Below, piece by piece: positions 27,056 to 37,582 of a stretch of 64,000 nucleotides of DNA. The translations under genes and the position numbers were made by a program. How positions within the stretch are numbered: the first letter of the stretch is position 1; each line of letters starts with the position of its first letter. The stretch spans positions 29,636,001-29,700,000 of the forward strand of contig JBHGNT010000001.1 of the NCBI GenBank assembly GCA_043228905.1, given 5' to 3'. This DNA is from Azolla caroliniana. Lineage: Eukaryota; Plantae; Polypodiophyta. The notes under the pieces were generated by a model. That model ran no database searches, was not told the DNA's origin, and worked only from the letters and a program-made list of their open reading frames with translations.

Positions 27056-30000
27056 CTAACCAAGACAAGTGACGACATCGGGGGCATCATCTCTTTTCCC
27101 TGTGAGGCATCGATAAGCGAGAAACTGTGCTGGTGTATCAGGATGATCTTCGGATGATGCCTGAGGATCTTGAATCAATTCCACGTTCCAGAAATCTTTT
27201 GTTAATGGCAACAAATCCTGCCCACTACCTGTTGATTTATACCCTTGAATCCACACATACTTCAAGTTCTTCATCTTCAATACCGACTCTGTGATCGCCG
27301 CCTCGCTGAACACGCAATCTCTTATTTCCAATCTTTGCAAACTTGGGCACCCATTTGCAAAGAGTTTGAGGCCATTATCGGTTTCCCCGACCAATCCGAA
27401 AAGAACCCACCTCAAGTTTTTCCCATACAAGCCAATCTCTTCCATCCCTTTATCTGTCAAGAATCCGCGTCGCAAATACAGCCCAAATCGGTGCAAATCC
27501 GGGCATCCTTGCATAAGGGCTTTTACCCCTTGATCTAGAGGGTACTCCGAGACAACGTTATTTTCATCCAAAAGAACTAACCGGAAATCTTTTAACCGTC
27601 TGCAATTGGTTGCCAGAGTGGCTAAGGCTGCATTGTTTATGTCCGATACATAAGCGGCTATGTATTCGAGCTGGTGGCAGTTGGTAGCTAATGAAATGAG
27701 GCCTCTTTGAGTTACAAACCCTTGTTGGGCATCTCGGTCCCCTCTCTCGACACGGAGCCAACGTAGTTTCTTGCAATTTCTGGCAATGACTTCAAGGCCT
27801 TCATCACCGATCGCATTGAATACCTAACCATCCAAAAAGGAAAAGATAAAGTGACATTTGAACTGTGAGCAAATCAGCACTGACCCATATTACTAAACTC
27901 TAAACTAACCTTAAACTCTCTAAAGGTTAACAGGATGAAAACATAATCAAGAGGCATTGGAAATATTGAGTGAATCAGAACTGACCATTTCTAATTCAAA
28001 AACCACGAACCTAAATCCTGATAAAAATGAAGAATGAATGAACCAAAACTAGCCATTGTAAAATTGTAAATCCTAAAGTAAACTAAATGTGTATCAGAAA
28101 GGTAAACACTAACAGACATTCATGCATATGAGTGTATCAGAACCGCCAACTAAAACAGAAAACCCTGAAACAGCAAAGAGAAAAAGAGAAAAGGGATTGG
28201 TATCACCTGAAATCCTAAACCGAATAAGGCTATGCTAAAGAGGTATTGGGTGTATGAGTGAATCGTCTAATTTCTTAATCTGGAACAAAAACAGGATAAG
28301 GCTATGCTAAAGACTAACCCCCAAAACAAAACAGATAAGAAATATTGGCTAAAAATTGTAAATCATCGCTGACCCTAAACCTTAAAATCATTGTTGCTAA
28401 TGTGTAATATGCTTGATATTGGTTTACCTCCAAAGCTTCGAGATTTGCACAGCGGCCGAGGAGTTGGCAGTGAGCATCTATGCTAAGACATGCATATTGA
28501 AGATCTATCTTTCTTAAACCGGGGGCAATTGGCTGGACAAGCGAGTTCACAATCTCATCACCTTCATTAGCACCAAAATAGTAGAGGCCAACCAAGGATG
28601 TAACAGTGGCTGGCAAACTAACAGGAGCTCTTGGCTGACTAGCAGGGCTAGAATCACCCACAGAAACTCCACCTAGTTCCTTCAGTGCCATTGTTCGGTT
28701 GAGAACTTCACTTAGTTCTTCAATTTCCAGCTCATTTAGTTTCAAGGAAATCAAGGATTTGCAATTTGTTGCTAGTACTGATAAATCTGCAATGTTGATG
28801 TTCTTCAGATCTGTTCCTGTGATGTTTAGGACTTCCAAGGAGGAGTTATGGAGAGAGAGCTCATGTAGCCATGCATCACCCGCATCGACAATGTAGCTCT
28901 CCTCCAGAAAAAGGACCTTCAATGACCTGGACATTGAAACCTCACCACAAAATTTGAGAATTTTATTTCTCTTCAAAATTGTATTACCATAAAGATAGTT
29001 CCCATAACCATTTTCTCTTCTATATTAATTCCTTTGTTTTTAACACAAACTCACTATCATAATTAGATATGCTACAATATGAGCTTCTACTGATGCATTC
29101 CTTATGAAAATTTCAAATTCCAAGGTTCGAAGATGATAAAAATGTTATGGTCAATGATGACCATTGTGAGGTGGGAAATTGAGATGCTTGATGCCATGGT
29201 TGATTAAGTCGAGATCTCTTCTTATGAGGAGGTACATAGAGCTTCAGTTTTATGAGAACAAAGACAACAGAAGAATGGGCATGGAGATCCCATATAGGGT
29301 TCATGTTGTAGAACACAGAAATCATGAACATTTCAATTGAACAGGGTCCATCCTTGGTACAGTGGACAAACAACTGCCATAGCAGAACCAATATCTTCAG
29401 ACGAAGAAAAAGGGATCTCCCATTACTTTACTGTTAGTTAGTGTACAACTTCATGTCAACTATGTATACCCAACAACCTGCATTTTACCGTCTCGTGTGC
29501 GTACCGTTTAGCTAGCCTCTTTGTATGGCACGTGGTCTATCCATAACCTTAAACCTACAAGAAAAGCCTCTAATGAACATTTTTTAATATGTTTCCTGAA
29601 AGGGCTATTAAACTTTGGAGTCAAATGGCCCATGACACAGCCCACAAAATTACTCTTAAGAAATTCCATAGTTTGACCCTATCATCTTAGTTGCTATAAA
29701 GATACACATCTTGTGAATAACCCTAGCTAATTCTGGAGTTTTTAAAAAATGTATTGGTTGGTATAAACCTTTTTATAGTGTAAATATAAGCTCTATAACA
29801 CAAACATACCCATCAATGGTCTTAGTTGGTCGTAGATAAGTCTGTACAAACTCATCACCTTAGCTAATCTAGGGTAGAGGGTGCAAATTGTGACAGTATC
29901 AAAAAGTTCTGTTAAAACTTTTGATCCCAATCGTTTATTACACAGCCCTAGCCCCATAATTATACTCTAGCTAACTCTGGAGTTGAAAGAATCGTCTTAG

Positions 30001-31558
30001 TTAGCCTAAATATCTTATAAGTCTTCACTGCCCACAACAGCATCCTATAAATCTTTAAATAGAGTAAGCCTAGGCTCTATATCACGAACATACCAATCAA
30101 TAGTATTAGTCGTTGCAAGTGTAAACCTATTTCCCTTGTAACTCTGTAGGTTAACACAGCCAGTAACATACTAATACCCCTCGTCAATCTAGGGATGAGG
30201 TAGTCATTTCACCATAGTATCCAAAAAAGTATGTTACAAGTTTGATTCCAATGGCTTACCGCACAGCCCTGAGTTCACAGTTGTATTTATCCAATTCTAG
30301 AGTTGAAATTATACTCTTAGTTGGCATAAGCCTATACATCTTATAGGTTTTCATTGACAACAAACAGAACCCATGAGTAGCTCTCGCTAGTTCTGGATGG
30401 TTGACCATAGTTATAGCTGGTATAAACCAACAGATCATAAGTTTATAGGCTTGCACGGTCCACAAACATAGTCCATGAGCAGCCTTAACTAATTCTAGAG
30501 TTTTAACAGGTAACATAGCCCATAGATAGCCTTGGGTAATTCCAGAGTCTTAATTCGTATAAATCAACACAATTTGAAAGTCTATACATTTACAGCATTC
30601 ACAACCACAATTCACAAAAATCCCTTGTGAGGTGTAGTAATAGTACTAATTGGAACTTGGGATCAAGTCATAAGTTTACCTCCATGAGTAGCCCTATCCT
30701 TTTCTGAAGTTTTAATTATAATCTCAATTGAATTAAACCTACGCAAAAGGCTAACAGAAAACTTCTTCTCAGCCACGAGTTTATATCTATGGTTTTACAC
30801 TAGCCAAACGGATAGCCCATGAAGCCCTGTGGATAATTCTGGAGTATTAATATATAGTCTTACCCAATGCATCGTAACCCTGTAGTTCTACAAATTCTTC
30901 CATGAATTGCCCTCTTGAATTTGCGAAGTTTAATTGTAGTCTTAGTTGAAACCTGATACTTGATTCAAACCATCTTGTTCAGTTGATAGATTTACCTGCA
31001 AGATTTTGCGATAGCCTCGAGCCCAAGCGTGGAGAAACCATTGCATTTCTCAAGCTTAAGCACTTGGAGGAGGTGACCACGTTCTTTAGCGAGCATGTAG
31101 AGGTCATCATCAGTAACATCCATCCGACGAAGATGAACAAACTTAAGGAAATGACAATGAAGAGAGATCTCAGAAATCCAAGGCTTAGCTTTACCACCCC
31201 ACACATCGGGAACGAGCTTAAACATCGTAGCACGAGGTTTTCCTTTGATCTTCACCCCTTCAAGAGCTTTGAATCGGTGAGTTAGACTGCAGGGCTTGAT
31301 AGAATAGCATGATGCTATAGTGACCCCTTTCCGAGTTCTTGTATCGATATAATACCATTCTCGACATACTAATGAGATTGAGCTTCGATCACATGCATTT
31401 TCTATGTAGCTGAAGATGTGTTCTAGAACTGCTTCAGGGATCAAACTGAATCGATGCCCGTGGTTCCTCTTGGTGTTGCTGTTATTGTTACTGTTGTTGT
31501 TGAATATCATTGAAGAAGGGGTGTGATTTCTTCGTAATGTTGTTGGCCTCTCGGCCAT
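27056..31558 (-). CDS. COI1: Coronatine-insensitive 1-like F-box/LRR jasmonate receptor, ~609 aa
   Basis: Exons 30996-31558, 28428-28926, 27056-27823 (GT-AG, in phase, 1830 nt). F-box, then KGKPRATMF, VHLRRM, LFLEES, LEYIAAYVSDI, DFRLVLLD, PLDQGV, YVWIQGY. The three-exon structure is typical of COI1/TIR1. Confidence 0.95.
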
Positions 31559-34500
31559 TTTCTTAAATTAGGTTTCCTCAGAGAAAACAAAGGAGATATG
31601 TGGCATTGAAGTAGAATATAAAGGTGGGTTTATGTGTAGAATAGTTTTTCAGTTTGTCTCCATCACATTATGAACTTCAGGTTTTCTGGCCTTGCAATTA
31701 GGGCTTCCTTCAGCTGATAAGATTAGGGTTTTTATACCTGTAATTAGTGTTTCCTTCGGTTCATGAGATATGGATTTCCCACCTGGAATTAGGGTTTCAC
31801 TCAGCCTGATGAAGCTAGGGTTTTTATCTGAATTTAAGATTTTCTTAAGCTGGTAGAATCAGGATTTCTCAAAGTCGTGTATTTTCATTTTTTCGGTTTC
31901 AGAATCTCTCCGTCAAATGACGAAATTAGGGATTCTCGGGGTGCTTCCTTTTCTTGTTTCAAGATGTCTCCTTCACGAGATTTAATTAAGTTTCTCACCT
32001 GAAAAAGTATGGTTTCCTTGAGCTCATGAAATTAGGGTTTCCTTGTGACAATGAAAGAGAGAGTTTGGACCTCAAGGATTTCCTTGACCTGAAAAATTGG
32101 GGTTTTCTGAGCTTAAATTTTAACTTAGACCAGATGAGCCTAGGGATAGCTACCTCAAATTAGGGTTCCCTTCGACTAGGATTTCTCACCTCAAACTGGG
32201 ATTTCCTTCAGTAGGATTTCCTACAGCAGATGCAACTACCGGTTCTCTGATGAAACAGGCTAAGACCTTCCACCTTCAGAAGATGAAACAGAGTAAAGCA
32301 TGTCCTTCAAAATGATGAAATAAGGGGTTCCCTTCAAAACCGCAGCAGAAATTAGGATTCTGTCTATAATCTGGGGGCAGGGTTTGCAAGAGTAGTTACT
32401 GAAGTTTAAGATGTTCTCTTGAATGCTAGCAGTGAAGGAAGAGAAATTAGGGTTTCCTCAGGAAACCGCATCGGAGATCTCCATAGATTAGCTAGATTCT
32501 AGCTGTGAGGGCGATGCGGGGGGGGGGGGGGGGGGGGGGGGCTCACTAAGGCATTTTCCCTTGATAGAAAGGAGGGTACCCTGTCCGCTGAGAGACAGAG
32601 ACAGAGACAGACAGAGAGAGAGAGAGAGACCATAGCTAGCTGTCTCTGCTTACTTAGGGCTAGTTCGCATGTAATTGTAGTTTCCTTGGCTTCTTCTGTC
32701 TTCTTCTCTTATGTGTCTTCTGTCTTCTTCTTTTTTTAGCTTCATTGGTGGGGACACTTACTCACACCCTAGTAGTAGTAGTAGTAGTGGTGGTGGTGGT
32801 GGTCAATGATTGCCATCACGTCAACCAAAGTAGCCTCCTGTCCTCGTGACTTCACGATCACGAGCATCTCATCATTCACCCGGAACACACACACACACAA
32901 ACACACCAATTTCAGCTAGAGAGAGTGCTATCATCATCAGGGAACCACGCCCACAAGGTGTCCTCATGAGGTCCAATACGATTATGTAAGTAACATCAGA
33001 CCGCTCCTTTGCCTACTTCACGAGATAGGATGCAGTGGTCTCTCTCCATGCCACACACTCTACATGGGAGTGCCCACTCCACCCACACACACCCCTCTAG
33101 ATGAGATCTGTCTTATGTTGGGCTACAGAGTGCCTACTCCCCATAACACAGTTCGTCATATGTTGGGCTACAGAGTGCCTACCCATGATAGTTGGGTTTG
33201 TGGTTTTTGGATATTCCTTCCATCTTCTCAACATTGGGAAATCTTGCTCTACTCAAAACCCATTTTTAGATGGCTCGTGGTCCTTCCATCACTCTCTCAT
33301 TGGGCCACAAAGACTCTCTCTCTCTCTCTCTCTCTCTTCCTTTCTTTATTTGTTTTTTTGGTAAAAGCACATAATTATATTAATTGTATGTAATTCCACT
33401 TACTTACAACACTTCTTAGTCTCCTCTACCTATCATATGCCTATGTCGGCAGAGGGCTCACTAACGCATTTTCCCTTGTTCCCTTGATAGAAAGGAGGGT
33501 ACCATGTCCTCTGAGAGACAGAGACAGAGACAGACACAGAGAGAGAGAGAGATACCATAGCTAGCTGTCTCTATTTATTTAGGGCTAGTTCACATGTAAT
33601 TGTAGTTTCCTTGGCTTCTTCTGTCTCTTCTATTATGTGTCTTCTGTATTCTTCTTTTTTTAGCTTCATTGGTGGGAACACTTACTCACACCCTAGTAGT
33701 AGTAGTGGTGGTGGTGGTGTGTGATAAACCAACCTTATTCCGACCCAATGAAAGTGTTCGCATCTCATCAATGATTCCCATCACGTCAACCAAAGTAACC
33801 TCCTGTCCTCGTGACTTCACGATCACGAGCATCTCATCATTCACCCGGAACACACACACACACACACCAATTTCAACTAGAGAGAGTGTTATCATCGTTA
33901 GGGAACCATGCCCACAAGGTGTCCTCATGAGTTCCAATACGATTATGTAAGTAACATCAGATTGCTCCTTTGCCTACTTCACGAGATAAGATGCAGTGCT
34001 CTCTCTCCATGCCACACACTCTACATGGGAGTGCCCACTCCACACACACACACACACACACCCCTCTAGATGAGATCCGTCTTATGTTGGGCTACAGAGT
34101 GCCTACTCCCCATAACACATTTCGTCTTATGTTGGGCTACAGAGTGCCTACCCATGATAGTTGGGTTTGTGGCTTTTGGATATTCCTTCCATCTTCTCAA
34201 CATTGGGAAATCTCACTCTACTCAAAACCCATTTTTAGATGGCTCGTGGTCCTTCCATCACTCTCTCGTTGGGGCACAAAGACTCTCTCTCTCTCTCTCT
34301 TCCTTTCTTTACTTGTTTTTTTGGTGAAAGCACATAATTATATTAATTGTATGTAAATTCCACTTACTTACAACACTTCTTAGTCTCCTCTACCTATCAT
34401 ATGCCTATGTCGGTAGAGGGCTCACTAAAGCATTTTCCCTTGTTCCCTTGATAGAAAGGAGGGTACCCTGTCCTCTGAGAGACAGACACAGAGACAGACA

Positions 34501-34815
34501 CAGAGAGAGAGAGAGAGACCATAGCTAGCTGTCTCTATTTATTTAGGGCTAGTTCACATGTAATTGTAGTTTCCTTGTCTTCTTCTGTCTCTTCTCTTAT
34601 GTGTCTTCTGTATTCTTCTTTTTTTAGCTTCATTGGTGGGAACACTTACTCACACCCTCCTAGTAGTAGTAGTGGTGGTGGTGGTGTGTGATAAACCAAC
34701 CTTATTCCGACCCAATGAAAGTGTTCGCATCTCATCAATGATTGCCATCACGTCAACCAGAGTAGCCTCCTGTCCTCGTGACTTCACGATCACGAGCATC
34801 TCATCATTCACCCGG

Positions 34816-34853
<38 letters not shown>

Positions 34854-35790
34854 AACACACCAATTTCAACTAGAGAGAGTGCTATCATCGTCAGGGAACA
34901 ATGCCCAAAAGGTGTCCTCATGAGGTCCAATACGATTATGTAAGTAACATCGGACTACTCCTTTGCCTACTTCACGAGATAAGATGCAATGCTCTCTCTC
35001 CATGCCACACACTCTACATGGGAGTGCCCACTCCACACACACACACACACACCCCTCTAGATGAGATCCGTCTTATGTTGGGCTACAGAGTGCCTACCCA
35101 TGATAGTTGGGTTTGTGGCGTTTGGATATTCCTTCCATCTTCTCAATATTGGGAAATCTTGCTCTACTCAAAATCCATTTTTAGATGGCTCGTGGTCCTT
35201 CCATCACTCTCTCGTTGGGCCACAAAGACTCTCTCTCTCTCTCTTCCTTTCTTTATTTGTTTTTTTGTAAAAGCACATAATTATATTAATTGTATGTAAA
35301 TTCCACTTACTTACAACACTTCTTAGTCTCCTCTACCTATCATATGCCTATGTCGGCAGAGGGCTCACTAAAGCATTTTCCCTTGTTCCCTTGATAGAAA
35401 GGAGGGTACCATGTCCTCTAAGAGACAGAGACAGAGACAAACACAGAGAGAGAGAGAGAGAGACCATAGCTAGTTGTCTCTGCTTATTAACGGCTAGTTC
35501 ACATGTAATTGTAGTTTCCTTGGCTTCTTCTGTCTCTTCTCTTATGTGTCTTTTGTATTCTTCTTCTTTTAGCTTCATTGGTGGGGACACTTACTCACAC
35601 CCTAGTAGTAGTAGTAGTAGTGGTGGTGGTGGTGGTGGTATGGTTTGTGATAAACCCACCTTATTCTGACCCAATGAAAGTGTTCGCATGTCATCAATGA
35701 TTTGTTGGGAGACAGGTCCCTCCGGATGGGAAGAGAGAAGAACAGTGCCGATGAACAAACTCGGCCGAGGCCGATAGGCCGAAGCCGTAA

Positions 35791-36058
35791 CCGGATGAGG
35801 AGTACCCGGCTTCGGAGAGCCGGATGGTGCAGACCCGGTGAGAACCGGATGAGGAGTACCCGGCTACGGAGAGTCGAATGGTGCAGACCCGGTGAGAACC
35901 GGATGAGGAGTACCCGGCTTCGGAGATCCGGATGGTGCAGACCCGGTGAGAACCAAATGAGGAGTACCCGGCTACGGAGAGCCGGATGGTGCAGACCCGG
36001 TGAGAACCGGATGAGGAGTACCCGGCTACGGAGAGTCGGATGGTGTAGACCCGGTGAG
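35791..36058 (+). repeat. 5 x 54-bp minisatellite inside the copia LTR
   Basis: CCGGATGAGGAGTACCCGGCT(T/A)CGGAGAG...GCAGACCCGGTGAGAA with a 54-bp period. Confidence 0.95.
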
Positions 36059-36790
36059 GAATGCTCACCGGATGAAGAGACATATTCGTAAATATGTTTC
36101 TAAGAGTCCATCGAGGCTATATTTGTAAATAGCCGAAAAGTCATATTAGTATAAATATGACTTAGGGCAAACTTTTAGTTACTGTTGTTGTTGTCATTCT
36201 TGTTGGTGTAAGAAGAGAGAGCACGTAACGGTGTACAGAGAGCGAGAGAGAGAGAGAGAGGGAGAGGGAGAAAGAGGTCATTGCCTCTGTTGTAACCGCC
36301 GCCTGTGGCGAAGATCGTGAGCACGAGGTTGTTGCCTCCGTGATCTCACTGTTGTACATTCTAACATAGTAATAGTTTGCAGCCTGTGGGCTGCCGTGGT
36401 TTTTTCCCTAGTTTGGGGTTTTCCACGTAAACATCCTGTGTACTCTTCTCTTCTTTGTGTTGTGCATTCATTCCCATTTTTTGTGTATGATTCTAAGCTC
36501 GGTTGTGGCCAAGCATTACGCATAAGGAGCGTAGAGTTCCTGTCAAGTGGTATCAGAGTGAAACGACCCAGAAAATGGACGATTCGTTGGGAGGCACGTT
36601 CAAGCTCACCGGCTCCAACTATTCGGTACGGAAGTCGAAGATGAGGGACATGCTCGTGGTAAAAGATCTTTGGTTGCCGGTTCAGTTTGGGGACAAGAGA
36701 CCGGACAAAATCGACGCCACGATATGGGAGGTGATGCACATGAAGACAACGGCTTACATACGGTGCTTCATCGACATGAGCCTATACAAC

Positions 36791-37218
36791 TGTCAGAACC
36801 AAGGATAAAAGATAGAGTGATGGAAGAAGGATATTAGAGAACACGAGAAGAAATGAACCAAATACTAAGAGAAGAATGGATGTATAAGATAGAGAAAGAA
36901 AGAGAATGGATACAAGATATATAATGAGAGCTAAAGATTGGTGTTGATTCGAATTGATTTGAGAATACATGTATGCCCTTATTTATAGGTTCCTATAGAA
37001 TAGCTTAGAGATTTCTAGAATGTTCTAGAATGCTCTAGGACATTCTAGAACATTCTAGAATAATCTAGAGTTTTTACAATAATCAATGTAATACAAGAAG
37101 TAGCTTTTATTGTTTCATATAACAATAAACTATCTTAATGGTTGAGGTTTTCAAGTATGGATTACAAGGTTCGAGGTTCAAGTCCGGGTGACACCATAAT
37201 GGTCATGTGTTCATGACA
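36791..37218 (-). mobile_element. Solo LTR (428 bp) inserted in copia gag
   Basis: TGTCA...TGACA termini. TSD ACAAC at 36786-36790 and 37219-37223. Removal restores gag SLYN-YFNEE. Confidence 0.9.
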
Positions 37219-37582
37219 ACAACTACTTCAATGAAGAGAGCAAGGCTCATGAGCTCTGGGAGAAGATCGACATTATGTTTCAAAACAAAAATGTTGTTAA
37301 CCAGGTTTCGGTATTCCGGAAGCTAGTAAGACTCCGGTACCAAGATGGCTCCAGCATGGCGGAGCACATGAATGCCTTCCAGGGGCTGATACACTAGGCA
37401 ACAACTACTTCAATGAAGAGAGCAAGGCTCATGAGCTCTCGGAGAAGATCGGCATTATGTTTCAAAACAAAAATGTTGTTAACCAGGTTTCGGTATTCCG
37501 GAAGCTAGTAAGACTCCGGTACCAAGATGGCTCCAGCATGGCGGAGCACATGAATGCCTTCCAGGGGCTGATACACTAGGCA
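37219..37582 (+). repeat. 182-bp tandem duplication within copia gag
   Basis: 37219-37400 and 37401-37582 are nearly identical. Confidence 0.95.

Noticed and set aside
11037-31558. PIP5K next to COI1 as a functional cluster (phosphoinositide to InsP cofactor)
   Set aside because: They are 10 kb apart with TEs between, and there is no evidence of co-regulation or conserved synteny.
35694-36091. Two 129-aa ORFs with 18-aa repeats; possible CRISPR-like array
   Set aside because: These are translations of a 54-bp LTR minisatellite; there are no unique spacers and the context is eukaryotic.
37124-37196. Functional tRNA gene
   Set aside because: Acceptor, anticodon and T stems do not pair; kept only as a tRNA-like LTR module.
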